The notes below the pieces were generated by a model, which was given only the letters and a program-made list of their open reading frames with translations, did no database searches and was not told the DNA's origin. Below, piece by piece: positions 48,016 to 63,100 of a stretch of 64,000 bases of DNA. How positions within the stretch are numbered: position 1 is the first letter of the stretch; each line of letters begins with the position of its first letter. This DNA comes from Dictyostelium discoideum (Eukaryota), in NCBI GenBank assembly GCA_000004695.1, contig CM000155.2, positions 608,001 through 672,000 on the forward strand, given 5' to 3'. A program made the position numbers and the translations under genes.

Positions 48016-48982
48016 AACCTGCTACTGAATTATGAAAATTACCATGGGTTGAATGTTTATTTAGTGCTGGCATTGTTGGTGAACTTAAATAATTATTATT
48101 ATTATTATTGTTGTTGTTGTTGTTACCATTACGTTGTTGTTGTTGTAATTGTGATAAAATATTTAAAGTTTGAGTTGAAGCTGTACCAGATGGTGAAGTA
48201 CTATTATAGATACCACTACCACTATTGTTTAAAGAGATTGAAGGTGAAACATCACCAGCAGCACTTGTACTACTAATTTTAATTGGTGATAATGGTGGTT
48301 TATTACCACCAGAATTCCTTTTACCATTATTATTTCTAGAGAGTGTTGGTGATGGTGATATAAATAATGGTACCTCTGGTAATGATGAAATTAAATCTTT
48401 TTTTTGCGCTTTAATATTTTCTTTCTCTTCTGTTGTTAATGGTAATTCTTCATTAATTAATGTTGCAAAGGTTTCATTATCTTTATCTTTATCTTGTTTG
48501 TTGTTATTATTAGTTTGTAAATTTGGTGGTGTTGATGTTGGTGATGTTGGTACTGGCGGAATTGGTATATTGCTTGCCAATAATAATGATTTCAATTGTT
48601 GTGCATTAAATGTATTACCACCTGATAATCTAGTACCACTTGGTGATGTTATATATGTTGGTGAGGCTGATATTGTTGGTGATGATGTAGTAGTTGTTGC
48701 AACTGGTGACATTGCAGTTGTAGTTGTTGTTGTTGTTGTTGTTGTTATAATTGTTGGTGGAGGTGGTGATGATGATGTATTTATTGTTTGTGTTGGTAGT
48801 GGTGGTGGTGGTGATAATGTATCATTCTCTAATAAATTTTGTTGTGGTGAGCTTGGTGGAATTGATTTATTATCATCTGCACCATTTACACTATAATTTA
48901 ATGATGCACTACCAATTGATGATGTTATAATAGAATCTGGTGAAACTTGAATGATTTCATCATCATCCAATAAACCTGACAT
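40952..48982 (-). CDS. Roco-family protein with the domain order RhoGAP, LRR, Roc GTPase, COR, kinase-like, RGS, kelch. 2 exons, 2646 aa.
   Basis: Exon 1 is 48982-46825, ending ...CNVHVVSEILIEFFNRLPEPIISVEFYETLLNYYQT (RhoGAP). The intron is 46824-46735 (gtaaat...tatag). Exon 2 is 46734-40952: LRRs (LPNEIKQLKDLQELNLNRNKFKLLP...), Roc (IIMLGDKSTGKSNLIK, HLWEFEGMQ, IIIGTHLD), kinase-like domain, RGS (FYTHMQSEFNEENLMFYEAIKTF...IYQVFIGENAPKEINL) and kelch repeats at the C-terminus. Total CDS length is 7941 nt and is in frame. Confidence 0.8.
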
Positions 48983-49504
48983 TTTTTCTTCTTTTTCTTC
49001 TTTTTTTTTCTGATTAATTATTAATTATAAATAAATAAATAAAATAAATAAATAAAATAAATAAATAAATAACCTATAAGTTTAAATAAATATTTATATA
49101 TTAATATATTATATTTATATAATAAAATTATATTATATTATATTATATTGGTTTTTATTATTAAAATATAAAATAAATATTTCTAAAATAAAAAAAAAAC
49201 AAAAAAAAACAACAATAATAATATTAAAAAAGGAGGAATAAATTAATATATAATTTTACAAATTGTGTGTGTGTGTTTAGAATGAATAAATTAACAATCC
49301 AAATAAAAAAGTGTGTAGAAAGGAGATTTTTTTTTTTTTTTTTTTCTAAACAAAAAAAAAAAAAAAATTATTTAGTAATAAATTAATGACAAACAATAAA
49401 TTGTAAGTTATCAATTAATTTAATTACTATTATTATTACTATTATTGTTATTATTATTATAATTAAATAAACATAAAATAAAAAAAGTGTAATTTGTTTT
49501 ATTT

Positions 49505-49551
<47 letters not shown>

Positions 49552-50233
49552 TAAAAATAGTTTTTAAAAAAAAAAAGACATACACTTTAATACTGATGAT
49601 TAACAAAAAATTAAAAAATAAAAATAAAAAAAAAAAAGGAAGGAGGTGTCCGGTTACCTTTTATTATTATTATTTTTTTTTTTTTTTTTTTTTTTTTCCT
49701 TTTTTTCAATTTAATTTGTTTTAAAATATAATATCTTTTGTGAAAGTGGTGTGGATTGATTAATGGTGTGTGATAAAAATAAATTTGAAAAAAAAAAAAA
49801 AGTTTTTTAAATTCACCCCCAAAAATATAAAATAATAATCACAATGTAATTGGGGGTGAAAAAAAAAAATTAAAAAAATAAAATAAAATAAAAATAAAAA
49901 ATAAAGAGATCTAGATTGATTTAAATATAGTTTTAAAAGAAGAAAAAAAGAAAAGAATAGTATTTGTTTTCCTTGTGTCCTTTTTAAACAAATTTCCAAT
50001 ACCTACTTATAAGAATAAATATGAAAGTCTAATTTTGAAAATTTTTGGGGGGAATGTAAATGTACAATAAATAAAATTAATTGAAAATAAATAATAAATT
50101 GAAAAAAAAAAAAAAAAAAAAAAAAAATTTTTGTGAAGGTTTATTTGGGGAAGGATTTTTGTTATTGTTACTGTTATTACTATTATTATTATTATAATTA
50201 ATATTAAGTTAAATTCGGGATTCTAAAAAAATA

Positions 50234-50288
<55 letters not shown>

Positions 50289-50466
50289 TATTTTAATGGA
50301 AAAAAAAGGGGGGCCCCCTGCAAAAAAAGTTGTTTTTTAAAATGAAAAAAAGGGGATGAGGATTATTGGTTTATTAAAAAGGATTTCCCATTGGTTTCAC
50401 ACCGAAAAAATTTTTTTTTTTTTCAACAAACAACAAAATATAATCAAATGATATGAAAAAAAATAT

Positions 50467-50497
<31 letters not shown>

Positions 50498-51590
50498 AAA
50501 AAAAGGTTTTAAAAAAAAAAAAAAAAAAAAAAATCTTTTTTTTTTATAGTTTTTTTTTCCAAACGGTTAAAAATCATTTTTTAAATATTTTTAAATGTTG
50601 TCATTCGATTCAAATCTAAGCAGGCCTTTTTTAAAAAAAAAAAATTTAAAAAAAAAATTAAAAAAAATAAAATAATGAAATGAAAAAAATTAAAAGAAAT
50701 TGAAAAAAAAAATAAAAAAATAAAATAAGATGAACCACAAGATTTGATCAAATCTAACTTTTATTATTATTATTATTATTTTTAAAAATAATAATAATAA
50801 TAAAATAATTAAACAAATAATAAAAAAATAAAAAAAAAAAAAAAAATAAAAAAATAATTATTTCACATTACTGTAGATTTTAAAATTATAATTTACGACA
50901 ATGTAAACAATTCACGTTTTTTTTTTTTTTTTTTTTTTTTTTTCAACACAGCAAATTTGCACATTTTCTAATTTTTTTTTTTCTTTTTAAAATTTTATTA
51001 TGAACTACAACCATTTTTTTTTTTTTTTTATTTTAAAAAAGGGGAATAAAATAACCAAAAAAAAAAAAAAAAGTTAATTATTTTTTAGAAAAAAAAAATA
51101 AAAAGTAAAAAAATATAAAAAAAAATAATAAAAAATAAAAAATAATAATTAAAAATAATTATTACTTACACAGTTATAATAGGCATATTAAATAAGTTTT
51201 AGCCTTAATTTTTTTTTTTTTTATCTTTTATCCATCCCACATTTTAGATTAATTTTATTTGTTTTAATCCTGTAACAATAAATCCAGTGAGGGGAGATGG
51301 GTGAGGGGGTCATGATAGCTTTATTTTCTTAATTTAGAATAAATAAAGATCTATTTTCTATTATTTTTTATTATTTTTTTTTTAATAATTATTTTTTTTT
51401 TTTTTTGTTTTATTATTATTTTCTTTTGGTTTTTTTTTTTTTTCAATTGGTTTTTTTTTTTTTTTTTTTTTTTTTTTCCTAATAATTTTTTATTAAAAGG
51501 GTTAATAAACAAAAAAGGAATTACTTACTAATTATCATATGCATAATATTTTTTCCATTATTTTTGGATTTGGAAAAAAATATTTTTTCC

Positions 51591-51623
<33 letters not shown>

Positions 51624-51730
51624 TTTCACCCCTACCCAAATAAAATAATTTATTCTTTATTATTAATTATTAAAATTTTAAAAAAATAAAAAAAAATTGG
51701 AATTTAAATTTTAAAAGATTATTTAAAAAA

Positions 51731-52655
51731 GATGTTAATGGTCCATGGTCTTTGCCAATTATTGGTGGTATTTATTTAATTAATGATAATCCAAACAGAG
51801 CATTAACAAAATTATCAAAAAAATATGGTGGAATTTATAAAATTTGGCTTGGTGAATCATTTTCAATGGTAAAAATTATTATAATAATTAAAAATAATAA
51901 TAATTTATTAATTTTAAATATTTTTTAAAAAAGGTTGTTTCAGATCCAGAGATTGTAAATGAAATTTGGGTTAAACAACATGATAATTTTATTAATCGTC
52001 CAAAAAATATTACACATAAAATGTTTTCAAGTAATTATAGGTCACTCAATTTTGGTGATAATCCAAATTGGAAATTTAATAGATCAATGGCTTCAAGTCA
52101 CTTTACAAAAACAAAATTATTATCATCAAAAGTAACATCTGTTGTTGAAAAAAAATTAAATAAATTAATTGAAACAATGGAATATCATTCAATAAATAAA
52201 TTACCAGTAAGTATTTATTATTATATATATAAATAAATAATATTTATTTATAATAATAAAATTTAAATTATAGTTTGATTCATATGTTGGATTTAGTGAG
52301 TATTCATTAAATATAATTTTAAATATGCTTGTTTCAATGGATATTGATGAATGTGAAAATTCAACACAAAATGTAATTTATTCAATTAATGAAATTTTTA
52401 AAATGCTTTCGACAAATAGTCCACAATATAGCTTTCCATATTTAAAATTCTTCTTTAAAAAAGATTTAAATAATTTTAAATTCCATTTAGATAAAATTAA
52501 ATCTTTCATTCATTCAATTTATTTAAAACAATTAGAATCATATGATCCTTCAAATCCAAGAAATATTTTAGATTCATTCATTAGTGATCTCCAATCAAAT
52601 GATATTGATATTTTATTGCAAATTTGTATAGATATAGTGGTTGCAGGAACTGGTA

Positions 52656-52745
<90 letters not shown>

Positions 52746-53121
52746 TATTTTAAATTATCCAATTATACATAAATTAATTAATTAGTTTTTTATTTATTAT
52801 TATTATTTAATATAGATACTGTTGCAAACTTATTACAATGGTTTGTTTTATTTTGTATAAATTATCCAGAAATTCAAGAAAAATTATATAATGAAATTAT
52901 TGAAGTTGTTGGAAAAGATTGCAAGGTTTTAAAATATGAACATATTTCAAAAATGCCTTATTTATATGGATGCTTTAGAGAATCATTAAGAATTCGTCCT
53001 GTCACACCATTATCATTACCTCGTGTCGCAAAGTGTGATACATATATTAAAGATGATATTTTTATTCCAAAGGGTGTAAGTTAATTTTCAATTTCCATTA
53101 TTTATTTATTTTATTTATTAA

Positions 53122-53168
<47 letters not shown>

Positions 53169-53533
53169 CAACAATAATTCAAAATATATTTGGAATGGGA
53201 AATGATGAAAAATATATAAGCGAACCAAATAAATTTAAACCAGAGAGATGGGTTGAATATATTAAAAATAAAAAAGTTAATAAAAATGGAAATGAAAATT
53301 CTGTAAATAAATATTTTAATGATTTAGATAAAATTTCAATCCCATTTGGTGTAGGAAAAAGACAATGTTTGTCACCTGCAATGGCAGAACAAGAATCTTT
53401 ACTTTCAATCGCTACTGTGGTATTAAACTACAAACTAAAATCAAATGGACAAAAAAAATTAAATGAAAAAGAAGTTTATTCAATCACAATTAAGCCACAA
53501 CCTTTTAAATTATTTTTAGAAAAAAGAGTATAG
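51731..53533 (+). CDS. Cytochrome P450 monooxygenase, at least 5 exons. The N-terminal exon is unresolved.
   Basis: Exons: 51731-51868 (KDVNGPWSLPIIGGIYLINDNP...), 51934-52206, 52274-52652 (...VVAGTG, donor gtaata), 52816-53075 (DTVANLLQW...PVTPLSLPR...) and 53168-53533 (...KPERW...PFGVGKRQCLSPAMAEQE...*). The I-helix AGTDT is split by an intron made of (ATA)n. A candidate membrane-anchor ORF MHNIFSIIFGFGKKYFF lies at 51528-51580, but no GT donor links it. Confidence 0.75.
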
Positions 53534-54610
53534 AATAAAATTGATATAAATAGATAAATTAACAGATAAAGATATTGTGCGTTTTAAAAAAAATAAAAAA
53601 ATTTACCCAATTAAAAAAAAAAAAAAAAACGCTCAATTTTTTTTAAGTTTTATATATTTGTTTTAAAATTTTAAAACAAATATATAAAATTTAAAAAAAA
53701 AATTTTTTTATTTATTTATTATCATCTTTGAGTTTGTTAGAAAAAGAGTATAAAATAAATTTATAAACAGATAAAGATATTTAGTTTAAACAATAAGTTT
53801 TTTTTTTAATTGAGCACATTAAAGCTCTTTTTATTATTATTATTATTTTTTTTTTTTTTTTTTTTTTTTTTATTGAATAATATCGAGTTATAGATCACAG
53901 TAAGAGTTTGTTTACGTGTGTTGGGGCTTGGTTATTTGATGCAATTAGATTGGGATCTTTCTTATAAAAGATGGCAAAATACTACAATGGAAGCATAGAT
54001 TTCCATTCGACTCGACTAATTATTAGGGTCAATATCTTTTTTCTTGTACACAAGATCATTTCAAATCTATTTTAATAACACTAAGAATTATTAAAATAGT
54101 TTGAAAGAGAAAATTTTCTAATCGGAAAAATAAACTTGAAATCCTTGAATTAATAAGTGGATGATGATGGTGGTGATGATGGTGGTGATGATGGTGATGG
54201 GGTAGTGTTCTAAATTTAAAGTACTAAATTCATCTTGGGGATATGTTAATGCGGTAAGGCAATACTAAGCAAGAATAAATGTCTTCTAGTTGAATTGAAT
54301 TATTGACAATTCTCATCTAGATGAATGGACATTGATATGGTACTTTTGGATAGAGCACTTAATACTAATTCAAGTTGTAAGTGATTTCTTTTTTTTTTTT
54401 TCTTTTGAAAACCTTCAAAGGATAGAGTCTAATAAAAGTTGAGTTTTCGTGGAATTCTGTGGCGACCAAATAAAACCGCTGGTTGTAGTCTCGTTATAAC
54501 AAAATCAACAGAGGTTTTACCAAATGGATGACGTATAGATATTCTATATTCATGGCGTGTGGTTGAATTATGAGTTGGTTGGGGTTTGTTGCAATTTTTG
54601 AACACACAAG

Positions 54611-54701
<91 letters not shown>

Positions 54702-55021
54702 CATTAATTATTGAAAGCTTCTTTTAAGATATTGTTTCTTTTTTTTTTTTTTTCTTTTGGTGGAAATTGTTGAATGGCGAAGGATCAATAAAATTATTTT
54801 AATGAAACAAATGATAACATTGTGTGTGAGTGTGTGTAATAGTGATGTGGAATTGAGCAAACAAAGCAAAAACCGAATCTATAATCAAATAGAATTCAAA
54901 TAAAAATGTGACAAATAATGATGATGAAATTGATTGATTTTTTAAATTGAAAAATTAAAACAAAAAGTTTGTGTGTGGATATAAGTATAATAAAAAGTGT
55001 GTTGGTATTGTTTTATACTTG

Positions 55022-55053
<32 letters not shown>

Positions 55054-55459
55054 GAAAAACCAAATTAATTCCAACATAATAAATGTGAGGGTGAGAGAAC
55101 AAAACAAATATAAAATTGAAAAAACACAAAAATATAAAATATAAAATTGGTAATTATACTAGTATATACGTATATGTATAATTATTACTTTGAAGAGCTT
55201 AAACTTATATGGCAGAAAGCAGAAAAATCGATTATCCATTAACCTGTTCTTTCCATTAGAATCAACGTCTACGCAAAGCTTGGATAGGAGAGATTACAAT
55301 CAAGATATTCTAGACTGTAGGGGGTGTTTTGAAAGGTTTTTCCCAATTATACTCTAAAAGGATACTAGTAAACATCTTCTACTGGCTCTGATTGGGATAT
55401 TACAAAGCAGAAAGAATACATTTGATCCATGATGTCAACATCACCGTGTGAACGATGAT

Positions 55460-57912
<2,453 letters not shown>

Positions 57913-59320
57913 TTTATTATGTGTATGTATGACTATGTGTTGTGATATATAATTGTTTTTTTTTTTTTAAAAAAAAAAAAATTGCTACTTTAAAAAATTA
58001 AAATTTGGAATTTTGGAAAAAGGTTTTTTTTTTTTTTTAAAAAAACTTTTAATTTTTTTTTTTTTTTAAATTTTTTTTTTTTTTTTTTTTATGCTATGGA
58101 GTTACTAATTAGGAAATCTATTGTTAGTCAGTTACGAAAAAATAAAAAAAAAAAAAATATTAAGTTAGGAAGTGAATCTGCATTATTTTAAAATTTCAAA
58201 AATAAAAACTGGTAAATCTATCAATTTGCCAAATTTAACAGTAAATAGAAAACAATTTTAAAATTTTAAAATTTTAAAATATTATAATAAAACATACTTT
58301 TTGATTTTTTTTTGATTTTTTTTTTTTTTTTTGATTGATTTTTTTTATTTTTTTTATTTAATATTAAATAAAATATGTAGGGATAAAATAATTTAAAATA
58401 TTATTATAAAATTAATAAATTGTTTTTTTTTTTTTTTCTTTTTCTTATTTTATTTGTGATTAAAAAAAAATAAGAAAAACAGTGGGACTGCTTCAAATAT
58501 TTAAATTTATAAATTTGATTTGAAACAACCCAATCCTACCTTAAAATTGATGAGGATTGGGTTTTATTTTTTGTTTTGTATTATTTAGGTGAAAAGAAAA
58601 TTGGAAAAAAATACTGAATCGTATCAAAAAACTAACAATAAATAGAGAAATCTAAAAAAAAAGTTTTTTTTTTATTTTATTTTTTTTTAACTTTGCACTA
58701 TTATTGGTATTGTTGTTGTTTTGATACTTTTTTTATAGTTTTGTTTTTTTTTTTTTTTTGTTTTGTTTTGTTTTGTTTTGTTTTGTTTTGTTTTGTTTTN
58801 NNNNNNNNNNNNNNNNNNNNNNNNNNNNNNNNNNNNNNNNNNNNNNNNNNNNNNNNNNNNNNNNNNNNNNNNNNNNNNNNNNNNNNNNNNNNNNNNNNNT
58901 GTCTTGATTATAGATCAAATCTATTAAAGAGAAAAAAAAAGAAAAAGAGTGAAACAGTCTGAAAAATGTTTAAATAAATAATTATAAAAAGATTTACAAT
59001 TTTATATTGGGAGTGTTGCTATTTTTATATTATTTTCACCATCATATCAAAAATGTACTTTTTTTTTTTTTTTTTTTTTTTTTAGGGGGATCCCAACACC
59101 TCTACATGTAAATAAATAAAAAAATAAAAAAAAAAAATAAAAAAAAAAACACACACCCACAACAAGTGTTGTTGTTGGAAATTATAAATTTTATCTGGGG
59201 GGTAAGGGGGGGGGACTTTTTTTTTCTTTTTGAAAGGGAACCGGGGAATGGAAAATATATATATATATTAAAAAATAATAAAAATAAAAATAAAAATAAA
59301 ATTTAAATTAAAAATGTTAG

Positions 59321-59351
<31 letters not shown>

Positions 59352-59773
59352 TAAAAAAAAAAAAAACCCACCAAATTAAAACTTTTTCCAATTTAGGGGA
59401 GGGCCACTAAAAAAAATGGGGTTAATTTAATTTTCTTTTTTGGGTAAAAACACCTTTTTTAAATACCAAAAAATTATTTTTATTTTTTTAAAAATTTTAA
59501 AAAAAAAAACCAATCAAATAAAATAAAAATCAAATAATAAATAATTAATAAATAATAAATAAAAAATTAAATAATAAATAAAAAAAAAAAAAAAAAAAAA
59601 AAGGGAAACACCTTTTTTTTTTTTTAAACATTCTCTTATTTTTTTTCTTATATTTATATTTTTATTTTTATTTTCATAATGGGAATTTTATTTTTTTAAT
59701 TTTATTTTTTAATATCTTTTTTTTTTTTAATCACATTACACATATACAAAAAAAAAAAAAACATTACACACAC

Positions 59774-59881
<108 letters not shown>

Positions 59882-59902
59882 TAAATTGAATATAAAATAA
59901 AA

Positions 59903-60125
59903 ATGGATGATGGGAATGAAAATAATGAAAACGCTCAACATGACGAATATGATGAAGAAGAAATTGAAATACCAATCGATGAAATCATAATTGAAGAGGT
60001 TGACGATGATCACTTATTAGAAGGTGAAGGAGAGTTTCAAATTATAACTCAACCATCAAATAATAATAATAATAGTAATAATAATAATTTCGGGGATATT
60101 TACGTTTCAAATCCAAATACACCAC

Positions 60126-60197
<72 letters not shown>

Positions 60198-63100
60198 GTA
60201 ATAATAGTTTTAACAATAATAAAAAAAATGAAGTTTCAATAGGAATAAGTGAAAATACAAATGAAAATAATAATAAAAATAATAATAATAATAATAACAA
60301 TAATGATGATTATAATGATGGTGCAGATGAAAGAGTTAAAACTGAAGAAGAAATTAAAAAAGAAGCTGAAAATGAATTAAATCAATCAGTACCATTTTTA
60401 TCATTATTTAGATTTGCCGATAATACAGACAAGGTTTTAATGTTTCTCGGTACAATTGCTGCAGTAATAAATGGTGCAGCAATGCCAACAGTCTCTTTGG
60501 TATTTGGTTTAGTAGTTGATGCATTTAAACCAACTCAATTTAATGATGACCCAAATTATGATATTTATGATACTGTAAGAAGTATAAGTTTTTATCTTTT
60601 AATGTTGGGTGGTGGTGTTTTTGTTTTATCATATTTAGAAACGACATTATGGTAATTATTTCTTTTTTTTTAAAAAAAAAAAAAAAAAAAACCAAAAATT
60701 AACTAATCACTTTTTTCCAATTTTTTTTTTCCAATTTTTTATTTTTATTATTTTTAAAATAAAAGGATGATTGCTGGTGAAAGACAAACAAGTAGAATTA
60801 GAAGGGAGTATTTAGAGTCAACATTAAGACAAGAAATTGGTTGGTTTGATACAAATAAAGCAAATGAATTATCATCAAGAATTAATTCGTAAGTTTATTT
60901 TATTTTTTTATTTTTTTTTATAAATTAATATTTTTTAAAAATATTAATTTTTATAAAATTAAAAAATAAATTAGTGATACAGTTTTATTTGAAGAAGCAA
61001 TTGGTGAAAAAGTTGGTAGATTTATTCATTTTTTTTCCACATTTGTTGCTGGTTTTGTAATTGGATTTACTAAAGGTTGGCAATTAACATTGGTAATTAC
61101 ATCAGTATCACCATTATTAGCAATTGGTGGATTTTTTACTGCAAAAATGATGACACAAATGACAAAACTTGGACAAGAAGCATATTCAAGAGCTGGTGGT
61201 GTTGCAGAGGAGAATATTGGGTCCATTAGAACGGTTGCAACATTTTCAGGTGAAAAATTAGCAATTGATAAGTATTCAAATAATTTAAAGGATGCAAGAA
61301 CCGTTGGATATAAGAGATCATTTTTCAATGGATTGGGTTTGGGTTTCGTTCAATTTGTAATATTGGGTACTTATGCATTGGCATTTTGGTATGGTTCAAC
61401 TTTGATTTCAAATAAAGTTACCAATTCAGTATCTGATAGACCATGGACTGGTGGTGATGTTGTATCGGTATTTTTTGCAGTTATTATTGGTGCAACATCC
61501 ATTGGTCAGGCATCACCATGTTTGGCACTATTTGCACAGGGTAGAGGTGCAGCTTATAAAATTTTCCAAGTTATTGATCGTCAATCAAAAGCAAACCCAT
61601 TCTCAACTCGTGGTATTAAACCAGAGACTTTAAGTGGTGAGATTGAATTTAAAGATGTTGGATTCCATTATCCATCAAGACCTGATGTACCAATTTTCAA
61701 TGGATTTAATCTAAAAATTAAACCAGGTCAAACTGTTGGTTTAGTTGGTGATAGTGGTGGTGGTAAATCAACTATAATATCATTGTTGGAACGTTTCTAT
61801 GATCCATGTCAAGGGGAGATCTTATTGGATGGAGAAGATATTAGAAAATTCAATGTCAGAGGGTTACGTCAAAAAATTGGTTTAGTCAATCAAGAGCCTG
61901 TATTATTCGCCACAACCATTAGTGAAAATATTCGTTATGGTAAAGAAGGTGCCACTCAAGATGAAATTGAAGAAGCAGCTAAATTAGCAAATGCCCATAG
62001 TTTTATATCACAATTACCACAGGGTTATAATACTTTGGTAGGTGAGAAAGGTGTCCAAATGTCTGGTGGTCAAAGACAACGTATAGCAATTGCTCGTGCC
62101 GTTATTAAAAATCCAAATATATTACTCTTGGATGAATCAACATCTGCATTGGATGCAGAGTCTACAAAATTAGTACAAGAGGCATTAGATGTTTTAATGA
62201 AAGGTCGTACTACAATTGTAATTGCACATAATTTATCAACCATTAGAAATGCTGATGTTATTATTTACATTAAAAAAGGTGTTGCCGTTGAAAGGGGTAC
62301 TCATGATGAATTGATGGCTAAACAAGGTTTGTACTTTGATTTAGTTGAAAAACAATCTCATCAACAAATGTATAATCTACTTGAAAATGGTACAAGATCA
62401 AGAAGATCAAGTACATTCTCAGCAGAGGTCAATCCATTATTGGATAGTTTCCATGTTTCAAAGAGATCTCTAAGAAAGAATGAATCAGAGTCAAATAAAA
62501 AAGATAAAGAAGATTCAAATAATAAAAAGAAAAAGAAATCAAATAAGAAAAAAGTTGAAGAAGTACCAATGTCACGTGTTGTTAAATATAATAGACCAGA
62601 GTTGGGATTATGGTGTTTTGGTTTCTTGTCAGCTGTTGGAACCGGTGCAGTTTATCCAGGATTTGCAATGGTTTTCACAGAGATGTTAACAATCTTTCAA
62701 AATCCTGATCCAAATTATCTAACGGATCATGCAAATTTCGTGGCATTAATGTTTGTGGCATTAGCAGTTGGTGCAGGTATTAGTAACTTTTTCCAAGGTT
62801 TCCTTTTCTCTGTTATTGGTGAAAAATTAACTTATCGTCTAAGACGTGATTGTTTCGCTGCAATTATGAGACAAGATGTCGGTTGGTTCGATTTACCAGA
62901 AAATTCAACAGGTAAATTAACATCACATCTTGCCACTGATGCAGCATTGGTCCAAGGTATGACTAGTCAAAGATTGGGTATTGTTTTACAAAATATTCTA
63001 ACAATGGTTGGTGGATTGGTTATTGCATTCTATTCGGGTTGGCAATTAACTTTGGTAATTATTGCATGTTTCCCATTGGTTGTTATCACTTCAAAGGTAC

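Noticed and set aside
48225-48896. Plus-strand 223-aa ORF and 47836-48276 poly-Y ORF.
   Set aside because: They are antisense to the Roco gene's Ser/Thr/Asn-rich exon 1 and are repeat-driven.
62870-62900. B-box-like GGTTCGATT string that could hint at a tRNA gene.
   Set aside because: It lies inside the ABCB coding sequence (DVGWFDL motif). There is no A-box, no cloverleaf and no terminator.
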